Source: Azolla caroliniana | Taxonomy: Eukaryota > Plantae > Polypodiophyta | DNA length: 64,000 nucleotides | Direction: 5' to 3' | NCBI GenBank assembly: GCA_043228905.1 | Contig: JBHGNT010000011.1 | Location: 21,328,001 to 21,392,000, forward strand | Shown here: positions 51,751-64,000 of the stretch, one piece after another | Position numbering within the stretch: the first letter of the stretch is position 1 | Layout of the letters: each line of letters starts with the position of its first letter | The notes under the pieces: generated by a model | The model's database searches: none | What the model saw: only the letters and a program-made list of their open reading frames with translations | What the model was told of the DNA's origin: nothing | Position numbers and translations under genes: made by a program

Positions 51751-53432
51751 GGGATGGTAAACTCCAAGCCTACCAAGATGTCGCATTGCTTACCAACCTT
51801 TAATAATATTACATATGTTTTGGAAGAACTCAAGGTAAACTAGAGAGTTGCGTGTCATGTACATGTACATGTACTTCTCTAATGTTGAGTAAGCCATTGG
51901 CACACACACACACACACATATAGAGGAATGAATCAATTGTTATGATTTAATTAATGAACCAATAATATAAAGTGGTCATAGAAATGTACTATGAGTCCAT
52001 CTATGGTTTTTGGCTAACAAGACATTGCCTCCTTCTTTACAATTGATCTATGTAGGTGCATACATTCATTATGTGTAAAATGCACACAAGTATACATAGA
52101 AACAAATAGCATATATTATCAATAAATTAATCATGACCTTAAGACCATTCTAATTTTAATTATGACCTTATATTAACATGTAAAGTAGAAGGTTTATGCC
52201 CTTGAGGTCACAAATTTGAGCTTACTATTAGCTGCAATTCAATCCGGGTTTTATTCAGCTCATCCAAGAAAATGTAAACTCAGACCCAAAGTATGTTACA
52301 ATATTATAGGAGAAGATAGAGTATTTATCCATTCGTAAACCAGCATATAAATGACACATGTCAAATATCTTAGGAAGAGGAACCATGGACCACTAGAGAG
52401 TAAAAACAAAAGCAGCTTTACTATTATTAATCAATAATATTACAACTTGTATACTTCTCGAGACATGGTTTGAAAAGTATCGCACCCGAGATTGACACCC
52501 CCTCCCCCCCTTCCCTTTTGATGTTTTAATTTGGCCTAGAATGCCTCTCTTTAGTTATATTGTTTTAGGGATTGGGATTTCACCATAGCGAAAATGAGGT
52601 TGGGTACTTTTAACAAAAAGTTAGCAATAAAACATTGAAGCACTATGTTACTTTTTTTCCGAATTTCCATTGCTTTGATGCATGTATTTTGGCAGGATCC
52701 TATTAGAAAATAAGTCTTTGAAGATGTCTTTTGTCCCTATTATGGTCAATTTACCACTATTGCCCCACAAAATAACCTTTCATCTCACATTAATCACATG
52801 TGGTGGCATGTGCCCAGGCCTCTTTGGAGCTCGTTGTTCTCTCGTTTCATCTTGTTATAGTTGCATATTACACGCAAAGTCTAGTACAACAACACCACAC
52901 ATACTTGCTCCACAAGAAACGTATGAGACATCACTTTCTAACTACACAACTCATATAGAAGGGTAAACGTGGTTGTGTCTATCACATAAGAAACAACTTC
53001 CACATCGAAATACGTTCTCTCAAGAAATATTGATTCATAGCATGTGTTTGAATTCTATAACAAAAATAATGATTGCAAAGAGAAAGCAAAAAGTAGAGTT
53101 ACACATGCCATACTTTTATAGTCACTATCCAACTTCATGAGGAAAATGACCATACTATTGCATAGCAATGTGTTGGAGCATTTCCAATAATTGTTGCACT
53201 AGAAACATTACAGTAAGTGAATATCAATTTGTCAAACCATTAGGTTTAAACATATAGTTTATGCCAAGATGAAGTTAAGTGACTACTAAAATTATATATA
53301 ATGTGTTCAAATGTATAGTTTGGAAGCAATCATGTAAAGACACTTGCGCCTCAACCAATCTAACATAATATTGCTTAGAGATTCACAACCACACATTGAA
53401 AAAATAAAAATCAGAAATGCATGATGGTAAAG

Positions 53433-53435
<3 letters not shown>

Positions 53436-53492
<57 letters not shown>

Positions 53493-53500
53493 ATGTATAT
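53436..53500. repeat. (TG)n(TATG)n microsatellite
   Basis: Read directly. Confidence 0.95.
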
Positions 53501-54640
53501 CATTTTAAAGTTCTATTGTTTCAACATTGGTAATTATAGAGAGTTTGTTTGTATGTTTTGTTGGAGATCATGCACAGTGACACTTCACAACCTAAACTAT
53601 CTTCACTTTATTTCACTTTCGACAACCCAATGGATCATAACAAGAGCATTCCCTTTGTCAAATGTATGTAAACATTATTACAATCATATTTTCCATCACT
53701 AATATTTCGTGCATATCCATGGCACCTAGCATGTGCAAAATGATATGGATTTTTTAGCTTTCCCCTTAATATAATGAAATGATGATAAGAAAGGACATTG
53801 ACACCACAATTGTGAAGGATTGGTAATTCCTAAAACAATTGTAAACCGAAAGGGCTTCATAAACTTATATTCGCTTTGAGGTGCCATTGACCAACGAAGT
53901 GTCTTCTAAAAAAAAATCATAACAACATCTTGATTTCATAAATGTTGGAAAGTGTATAGATATGCATTCATAATAAGCTGAAAAAAATTAAATTATTTTC
54001 CTAAATATTGTGATAAAAACTCAAATAACTATGTACATAATAGAACAATAGTTTTTATTTGGAGCTAGGTTGCAAAAGACATTGTGAATGTATTAGAAAC
54101 AACTACACCAATTTTCTCTCTTGCTTCATCATGTCCCAATTTAAGAAAACAAAACTGCCCTAAAAAGTCTTGAAATTTTGAAGATACTCCAGAGTTCAAT
54201 GGAGGGTAACATAAAGAAAGTATGGTGATAGTGATAACCTAGAAGAATGGCATGTACAAAGGTTATGATTTATCACATCTTATCTTTTCACACCCTCTTG
54301 TTACTTCTTTTCAAGAACTTACTTTCTTATTGGCTCCTTTTATTATTCGTAACATGATTATAACCCATACATTCAAGCATTCACAAAGAGACATAATTTG
54401 TATGATTGGGTATGAATTTCTTCTACCTATTGACTTTAATTGATACTATGATTTACGTATGTACCAATCGGCTTATTCTCATTAAATCATAGGGATCCAC
54501 AAACAATGTATATACACATATATCAACAATGACAAGTACAACACACAAAGTGTAAGATATCCTAAGATCTCCTTAAATAATTGAATATTATTGTCCTTAC
54601 AAAAATAATAATGTTATTGGTATTGTAGCATCTACACATT

Positions 54641-54990
54641 CAAAATATATTACAAGTTTAATGCAATTTGGCCATATCTTGTAGTTAGAGCATTTGGTGA
54701 CATTATATTTCAGTTAGAGTAGTTGTAGAATATACATGAGTTCAAAGTTTGGAGGGTGAAATGCTTAAGAATATTTTGGACCTATAACAACCATTATAGG
54801 GTTCTCCTACAAAACATATTACAAGTTTAATGCAATTTGACCATATCTTGTTGTTAGAGCATTTGTTGACATTATATTTCAGTTAGAGCAATTGTAGAAT
54901 ATACACGAGCTCAATGTTTGGAGGGTGAAATGCTTAATAAGATTTTGGACCTATAACTACCATTCAAAGTTAATAGGGTTCTAGTACAAA
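54641..54990. repeat. Tandem duplication, 2 x ~169 bp
   Basis: caaaa(t/c)atattacaagtttaatgcaatttg...tttggagggtgaaatgcttaa...ggacctataac starts at 54641 and 54810. Confidence 0.9.
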
Positions 54991-57544
54991 TCATCTACTT
55001 GGTCATTCACCTATTGACACAAATGTAGGACAAGAAATATACGTGACAAAATAAAGGTGGCCATAAGAACATCAATACCAACATAAAAATGGGTCATATG
55101 ATTATTGATGTTATGTGAGGGATGCTACTAAGCCATGCTCCTAACAAAATATTTGTGGCATATGCACATGTCTCCAAGTGGCAAACATATGTTTTCTCCA
55201 AACAAAAAGCATAGACATTCCATAAATAAAAAATTTCCCCCCATTTCCTAAAATTTGTATTACACAAGCTTCGAAATGAAATTGGTGCTTGGTCTCACAC
55301 ACCACACTGTAAAAGGGTGTGTTAGCATTGTGACACAAAAGTAGTGGACGATGAATTACACGTAGCATTAGAGTGCCCAAGATGCTATATCACTACAATA
55401 GGTTCCCCTCACTTCTCACAAAGGAGGACGAATTTTCAATTATGCTCTTGGAACTACAAGTGCACAAATCATCACAAGCAACTTAATGCATCACATCAAT
55501 TCCCATAAATTTTTGTGGCCCATGGGTTGATAGACCTCTTTTGTCAAATATAGTAAAATTGTACCATATCATATCACCTCTCTACTCCCCTCTAAATACT
55601 ATATATACAAATAAAACTTATTTACAATTGAAACTCTTGCGTAATAATAATTTGGATTAATAGATACACAAGGTACAAGTCGACTTAGCCAAATGTTCAA
55701 AAAGTTTGTTGTAAATATAAAGGATCACATGCTAGAGGCACATTCATAGTTGGTCCCCAATAATATAGAAACATTTTCCATTTAAAAAAACATTCTCAAA
55801 GAAGATTATACTTTATTACCAAACCATACAAATGCATATAAACATGAACACAACTTGGTTTTCAAAAACGTCTTTATGAAAATCATATTAATTTTCATTT
55901 AATGTTCTATCCAAGAGCACACAAACACTATTACAAAGTCACAAAATAATAAGAATTCTTCGACAAAATTTTGCACGCATCCTTTTTTCGAGGTGGTCAC
56001 CATTACCACAACTTGCAACTGATAATGATGTACTATCATATTGCATTGAGGTTGCACATTCATTATTGACAAACTTAAGACAACTATGTTGGCGTGCATA
56101 ACATTAAGAACATGTGGTGTATACAAGCTAGTCAGGGTATTCATTCAATCTCCCCCATGATCATAATACCTCAAAGTATAACAATTTTGCTTGTTTCACA
56201 ACTTTTAAGTTCTAGATAACTATGGTGCTGAAGTCTTTGCCACATGGAACAATGTCATTACCATACTTCAAAAAGTCTATTGTGCTTCTTAGTTTATCAC
56301 CATCTAATTGATGGAGGACTTTCACGAATGTTGAACTTGATCTCTTCTTGAGTCTCTTCTAACCATTTTTTAACACATTGGAGATTATCATTGTGATACG
56401 TACTTCACAAAACTCTACTATGTAGCTTAGTAACCATTATCTAATTGATGGAGAACTTTATCAGATGTTGAACTTCATCTCTTGTTATGTCCTAACCATT
56501 TTCGACCATCAAACTCAGTGACACAACTATATTGGGATTTAAACCATGTTCCCTCAAGTGGAACTCTTCATACAACGACCTCAGGTCCTCAATACCTTTA
56601 ATTAGTTAAAAATCCACCCTACTTGTTAGCACCATGTTAAAATACACTTCATGATGTATAAAACATTGAGCTCCCCAAAGAATATATCCTTGTATCTACC
56701 TATAGTTAGCTTCACCCAATTCTTAGCTCCAAGAAACACCTATTACACAATGGTTACCAATTTGATGCACAATTATAGTGTGATGATGACTTGCTCCAAA
56801 TTCCTATAATACAAAAGCACCTCTTGCTCCCTCTACTTAACACATGGATTCATTTATACACCACGAGGATAACAAATGAACTATGTGTTCACCAACTCAC
56901 TATTGGAAGCCAACCTACTGTCTTATTGACTCGCTCATCTCTTTGTAAAAACAATTTGCAGTGAATGCGGGAGTGTATAAGATGCCCGAAATCTTTTACC
57001 TAAATTGTTGCTGAGATAAACCCTCAATGTAATTTTTCATGAAAGAAGTGCACAAAAAATGAATTTGAAAAGCATTCCCCTTCATGCTTAAATCAAAACA
57101 TTCACAAATACCCAACTAAACAACTTCCAAGAGCACATCAAGATATTTAATCAACCGAAGACTAGTAAGACCCGAAGAGAGAAATTAATAACAGATAGAA
57201 ATCTAAAAGAATGACTACACCATGTGACAATGCCCCTTTGGGTACGCAGTGGAGCAATAAGTCCTTAACATGTGGCTGGCTAGAAGCATCCTTTCTGGAA
57301 ATGCAAAGAGCTCTTATCCAATCAATAACTTAGAACATCTATAATCCTTATTCTAGATGACAATAAATTATATAATGAGACTTTGTCATGTACAAGAATA
57401 GAGTAACGAATCAATGTTAGACTATTTTTGAGAAAGATGTATATGACCATATTCATGTGTACAATAATTTACAGACCAAAACAAAAAATATTGACCCTAG
57501 CTTATATACTTGAGCCGCCTTCCAAAAGAGGTAGTAATAAAATC

Positions 57545-60500
57545 TCAGAACTCCACACCACTGTTTAGTTGTATTTGAAATGATGCTTGAGTCGGATTTT
57601 CTACCGGTGTTTCTACCCGTAACACCAAACCTGCCCTTCCTAGATCATCACTATTTCTTTTTGCATTACTTAGCTGTAGTGATCCAAAAAAAACCGAGTA
57701 TAATTTCAGCCACCAAACATTGAACAGCACTAATGTTAGATTAAATAACTATTCATGCGGTCAAGCACCAACAACAAAGCCTAGGCCCTTAAGTTAAGAA
57801 ACACATGTTTTTTTCCCACTTAGATTTCGTGAAAACCCCCAAAATACCCCTAATTTGTAAAAATTACAATACCCAGTGCAGTACCCCAAAAATACCCCTC
57901 ATTTGATGGGTATTTACTCGAATACCCCTATGTTTTCAAAAATGATCAGAATGCACATGTTTATTGTAATGAGAATTTTGGTTTTTTGTCCCTATATTAT
58001 ATTTGCTTGAAAAGACATAGCTAGATATGAGGATATGGATAGTTCTCAAGAAAGTTCGGAGTTTACGTAAGGTAATGGGATAGGTTGAGTCTTCATGGCA
58101 ATATGTTTCTTTATTGATAAAATTCCAAAAATAGCATTAATTTGTATAGTAGTGAATCCATACAATACAATCTGGCATAAAAAGGGATGCAGTAAATATC
58201 TACTGACCGAGATTGAAGCATATGCAGTTGGTTGTATTGTTAACGCACATCCACAAGCCCAACTAACCCTTTCTTTAGGTGAATGCATAAATTCAGCTTT
58301 CCATCCTGCATTTCTCCCACCTATGGTGGGTGTAACCCTGGAAGACAAATTTTATTTTAAGACTTATTTCAAATATAAGACTTACTTATCATAGAGCTAT
58401 ATTCTATACATATGACATATAACAATATCATAATATCCTACCGAAGTTCCACAGTTGGCCGGACTATCATCCCTGACCTTTTCCAAGCCAATGGTTGTAA
58501 CAGATCAACAGACAAAGCTCTTTCTGGAAGTTGTATAGACGGTGTAACTCTTGTTCCCCACCTCATCTAATAACATAATAATATAAGGAAAGTATAAACA
58601 TCAGTAGGCACATACTGCGTTGCATTTCATCCTCTCAAAAACTTTAGAATTTATATTCCACATGATCAAAACATGAATTTAGTCACAAATGCGTCAATTT
58701 AAGCTATTTTCTCCCATCTGTGTCAAGATACTGGACATTTCATATATGGATTGAAACCACATCTGGATGTTTTATACTAAGGAGTTGGCAACTTTGAAAG
58801 TCCTCCTTGAATGTTTGTGAATTAGATTACATAGATTCTGTGGCTATGCGTGGTATATTCATCCTTCAGATGAAATTGCGATATATCAAATTTAAGTTCA
58901 AACTTGGAAGACAAAGTTAAGATGCATGGACATTCGTAAAAAACAAATGTATAAAGAAAGTTTATGCCAAAATTAGTCATGAGGGCTATAAGGATAATCA
59001 AAATTCAGTGCAAGTTAAAACAAAATGTGAGCAAAAGGGGATTGAGGAGAAAACAAAGTTCGACAAAAATGATGATGTAACAAATTATTATGTTCAGGAT
59101 ATGCTCTCCTGAATGTGGACACCTTTGAGGACTATGTTACATTTAATGGCACTAGTATGCAGCATGACTATGATGGACGCCATGAAGCATGAGTTAGATG
59201 CAATACACAGTAATGGCACTTAAGTTTTACTGGAATCTGCATAAACATCTACATAAGACTGATAGGAGCAAGATGGGTATACAAAATAAAGTTTCTTCCT
59301 ACTACAGAGGATGGGCTACACTTCTTCACAGCATCATGTTCCAGAAACATGATTGCCACATTCAAGTTTGTCATTGCAACTATATGTGATGGGTCATGAA
59401 ATGGTCTAGCCATTGCCAATTTGATCCATATTGATAATCAGTAATAGGTTGATGTACTGTTAGGATTTGCATGCCAAGGGCAATTGAAGATGCCTACAAA
59501 ATCCTTTTCACTGAACACTACTTTGTAGATTCGTCGCTGAGCTGTGATATAGCTTGGGGATTCTCACACATCGATTTTTCATAATCCTATGTTTTTGTTT
59601 AAGGGATTGTTTTGGAGGCCAGCCTATCATGCAAGACTCTACGTGCCATGTATCAGATTTCAAGTTAAAGAACATGCGCAGTCAAAGAGTAATGGTTGAT
59701 ATTCTATTTTTTTGTATACAGTTTGTGATGTAAACAAGCTTGATTTTGTTTAAGGGATTGTTTAGAGGCCAGCCAATCAGGCAAGACTCTACATGCCATG
59801 TATCAGATTTGAAGTTAAAAGACATGCTCAGTCAAAGAGTAATGAAAGTAATCTAAATAGATTTAGTTTGCTTGTAGTCTCATAACAACCAATAGAGCAT
59901 TAGTTGCATTGATTACCCAATAGATTTGTAAACACTCCAGCTGCCCTCCAGTGAGAGCAAAAATGATTTTGTTCAGCAAGGAATTGTTTTAACTTTGTAT
60001 GCGCTGGAAAAATACCTCTGTAATGATATGCATATTATTGATGATAGCACTTCTTCTATGATACACTACTATCACCATATAACACTGTTACCTTCTTAGA
60101 AAAGCTTAGCTTGAAGACATCTGGATGGGCACATTGTGCTTGAAGAAGCCCTCCAAGAACAGGAAAGAAAGCGCTACTGGTAATACCTTCCCCAGCAACA
60201 TATGTCAATTGACCGTTTGGAAACTGTATATCCATAAATGACTGAAAAGCAGCACAGAATGATTGATATCAGAAAATTATAGTCACAACCTGATAAAGAC
60301 AAGGAAATAACTAGAAACTTCGAACAAATTCATTAAAGAATAAGACAAACAATTGGATCAAAGAATGCTACAATTAGAAAAACATTCAACTATATTTTCA
60401 CCAAATCAAAGGATTGGGGAGGATAATAAACTTACACAATTGAAAGGATTGAGACATATCATTGACATTACCAACCACCTTCGACGTTTTGACCACATTG

Positions 60501-63500
60501 CTGGGCAGACAGAATGCAACCCATTCTGGTCAACATTTCCCACGAATTATGCATAAAAATAAATCCATAATAAACCTTTTCCTATATAACATCAGTGAAT
60601 ATAGAGGTTAATGTAGACAATAAAGCCAAGAACATATAACATTATCAATTGGAATGCTGAAGATGTAAATCCAGTTACTATGCTGATCATATATCACATG
60701 CTGCTCTCAAATCTCAAGATAAATAGGCACATTTCCCATGCCCCTTACCAGTATCCATCCTATGTAGGTTAGTTCAACTAGCCACTAAATGGAAATAATC
60801 TGTTGTTAGTTGTTATAAATTTTCTTCTTGCCTCTAAACTTTACATCTTACCCCTTTTTATTGTTTTGAGAAAAACTCACCTCAAACATCATTTCCTCAA
60901 CTGCCCAAGGACAATACCTCTCAAGCAATTGTATGTGCTATTCGATCAATTACGTAGACCCTTTTTCTATCATGTGTTCTATTTGAGCAATCGTAAGGTC
61001 AAATCATCCCCTTCTCTATTTCAGGGCTTGAACAGGAGCATTTAGGAGATAACAGAAATTTCGGGGCATTGGGAAAATAAATAAAAGCTTGCGAGGCTTT
61101 TGGAGAGCTTTACAACTGCACATGGTATACAATTTATTGAGAAAGTTTGTAAAAAGAATGTAGAAGTACGTACCTTTCTGTCAAACCCATACCAAAGCAA
61201 ATGTTGCTTTGAAAGGTGGATTGGCAAAAGTAATGTACTGTCACGCACAAACAATAGAGGACCTATTTGGAGAAGAAACAGTGGACTCGAACCATTAGTG
61301 GTGTTGCTCCGGCCATGAGTTGCCTCTGCCCGCCATAAGTCTCCTCGAGCAGTGACTGAACTCTCAATTTCCCGAGTTCGACTATCATAAGTGGTGGTCA
61401 CATTTACATTTCCCTGTTATGTGATATATGATTTCACTATAATATATGACAATCAATGTCAAGGAAACGTATTCATATAGTGCTGATATTCTTGACCCTT
61501 CTTATATGGTATAGCATTTCACTAAATCATATCACAACCACCACCAAGAGAATGTATGATGTATTCATGTCATATGAATGCCCTAATCTCCCAATTACTT
61601 AACATACCACTGATCTATACCTACATACCCTTAACGAGAAAACCTAGAATAATTGACATGAAACCATTGCTAAGAAACCATTGACATGACATGAATACAC
61701 TCTCTTGGTATTGGTTGTGATTTGATGATAACGTATAAGTGGACATGAAGGCATTGATATTATTCTATATATAGTAAGGATATTTCATATAAAGGGACAT
61801 GATATATGCCCTCATGTCCTGTTATATAATATATCATATTACTAGATCAGCATATCACAACCAATACCAAGAGAGAGTAATCATGTCATGTCAATGCCCT
61901 CATCCTCCCTTATTTGCCATATCAATACCACAAAAAGTGTCTTCACATAATATCAAGGTCCTCATTCCCTCTTATTTTTTATATCACTGCGCTACTTCAA
62001 CATCAGACAACCAAAACCAGGAAAAACATTCCATCTAGTATCAGTTCCCTTGTGCCATCTTCTATGATATATCAATTCACTACAACATTCTACAAGCAAA
62101 TACCAAGAAAATTTATTCATATCATATCAACGTCATTATCCCCACTTATATGACATGTCCCACATCCTCTCATTACATCAAAATACTGCAATCAATACCA
62201 ATAAAATGTATTGATGCCCTTGTCCACTATTAGATGACATATCATCTTGACTCATCAACACACAACCACCAATAGGAAGAAAATGAATCCATATCATATC
62301 AATGCCCTAATCCCTTCTTACATGATTATCATCTCACTACATCTACAAGAAACCATTCAACTCATATAATGCTCACATGAATTACCTGTCTATAAAGTTG
62401 GCTTTGGCGGTTGATGAACAGACCAAAGAGGTCTTCATTTGAACCATCGTGAAAGGCACCTTGTTCTTGAGATATAAATACGTCATCTCCAATCCTATGC
62501 CTATTATTGTTAACTGGTTTTTTTCTGATCCCACACGAACCCTTATGCAAACATGTAGTGTCATTATCCTTTTCAATCCAATCCAAACAATCCTCTTCAC
62601 AATCACTTTGTACATGAGAACCAGAGCAGGAGGAGGAAAATCCACTTTGAAAAGATAAAGGTAGATTCTTTGTAAAATCATTAACAAGGCCATTTATGCG
62701 AGCCCCTAGCTCCACCCTTGCTTGGGCTAATACTTTTCCTATCTCATGTAAACCATCAAAGTCATGGTTCATAGACAACTTTACCTCTTCATTTGTAAGA
62801 CTTTTGGCGATAGCATAAGTAGAATCATGGTGGTTAGTAGATGTCTTCCTCTCTGCATTTGAGCCATTTTTCACGGTAGAATGAGTAGAATCATGCTTCC
62901 TAGATGTGTTTTTCTCTTTTTTGGAGCCATTTTCGTCAGTGGGATGAGCCGAAATAAGCTTCATAGGTTTTTTCCTGTCTACGTTTGAAGCATTTTCAGG
63001 AGTATAACGAGTGGATTCATGCTCCTTAGAAGTCTTTTTCTCCTGCTTTGTGCGCTTTTCGTTAGTGGGTTTTGTATATTCATGGTTCACCGACATGTTG
63101 TTCTCTTTGTTTGAAGCATTTTGAGCTGTAAAATGAGCATGATCTTGCTTCGCAGATGTATTGTTCTCTTTCTTAGAACCATTTTTAGCAGCAAGACGGG
63201 CATAATCATGGTTCATAAATTTTGTGTCCTCTTTACCTGAACCATTTTCAGGAAGATCCGCTGTCTGAAGCTTTCCCTTGTTTACTTGAATCTTATTGAA
63301 GAAGAGAAAACTGGATTTTAAAGAAGGCCTACCGATCCATGGCCATGGCCACGAAGAAGAAGATGCCATATCTTCACAACATTCTCCATTTGAAGCTGTA
63401 TCACTCAAAGTTACGAACCGATGTCCTGACTGCCGAGAGGAAGAAGGATATGACGATGATGACAAAGGAGAAGGTCGGAGATTGTTCTGAAGAATGCCTC

Positions 63501-63579
63501 TGAAACCCTGCGCGAGTGAATGAAAGCGTCCCGCTATATCCCGACCTTGTCTTTGAGCTTCTTCCCATCCTCCCTCCAT
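57545..63579 (-). CDS. Conserved uncharacterised plant protein (At1g53450/At3g14830-like, often labelled 'Epstein-Barr nuclear antigen'), ~685 aa
   Basis: Exons 63579-62386, 61413-61174, 60525-60436, 60241-60092, 58566-58442, 58337-58208, 57673-57545 (2058 nt, GT-AG, in frame). Motifs [109 protein letters not shown]. Confidence 0.88.
59593..59844. repeat. Intronic direct duplication, 2 x ~100 bp
   Basis: ttttgtttaagggattgttt..gaggccagcc...catgtatcagattt...cagtcaaagagtaatg at ~59593 and ~59744. Confidence 0.85.
61679..61896. repeat. Inverted repeat, 51-bp arms (47/51 complementary)
   Basis: 61679-61729 versus 61846-61896, with an inner pair ggacatgaaggcat (61741) / atgccctcatgtcc (~61806). 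Confidence 0.85.
62752..63249 (-). repeat. Coding tandem repeat, ~8 x 63 bp (21 aa)
   Basis: Units such as [63 protein letters not shown]. Confidence 0.85.
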
Positions 63580-64000
63580 GGCTGGAACAGAGAGACAGGG
63601 AAGCACGGAGAGAAGAGAGAGTGGGAGATGCGTCCAGCTCTGAAGGAGCCTCGTTCATCAATCGAATCGATCTCTCTCTCTATATATATATACATATATA
63701 TATACTGTTATACTGTTATACATACATACATACATACATATACTGTTATACATATACACATATACATATGCATGTATGTATATACATACATACACACACA
63801 TATTTATGCATACATATATATACCTTTGCTTTGCTTCTTCCGATTGTAAGTAAGCATCACCACCCTTCTCCTTCCTAAGTCATGAGTCATGAGCGAGCGA
63901 GCGACATCGGAAATGTGTCAGGAATTCGTGGGAATTACAAATACCATCCTTGTGGGAAACTAAACTTGCTTTGTTATACATACATACATACATACATACA

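Noticed and set aside
57545-63579. Viral origin implied by the 'Epstein-Barr nuclear antigen' label of homologues
   Set aside because: Ordinary 7-exon plant gene with no viral features; the label appears to be an annotation artefact.

Overview
Eukaryotic land-plant nuclear DNA: AT-rich, GT-AG introns, many microsatellites. Sequence features suggest a non-seed plant such as a fern, but that is inference. Seven protein-coding genes could be reconstructed by hand: a subfamily-I ethylene receptor (ETR1-like, 459-4273, +), a FANTASTIC FOUR (FAF)-domain protein (9591-11744, +), a TIR1/AFB auxin receptor with an acidic N-terminal extension (19561-22321, +), an At5g61530-like RhoGAP-domain protein (28176-37056, +), a SAUR (38467-39189, -), an ARM-repeat protein (47980-49553, -) and an At1g53450/At3g14830-like uncharacterised protein (57545-63579, -). 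Intergenic and intronic DNA holds LINE remnants, local tandem duplications and a long inverted repeat. The most notable signals are: (1) hormone-signalling genes concentrated in about 40 kb; (2) a natural DR5-like triple AuxRE array just upstream of the auxin receptor, plus AuxREs upstream of the SAUR; (3) no intact miR393 site in the AFB; (4) an 8 x 21-aa repeat and a possible beta-barrel C-terminus in the uncharacterised protein; (5) a spliced uORF before the FAF gene; (6) a 51-bp-arm intronic hairpin. No rRNA, tRNA or CRISPR was seen. Family assignments come from recalled motifs, not database searches.
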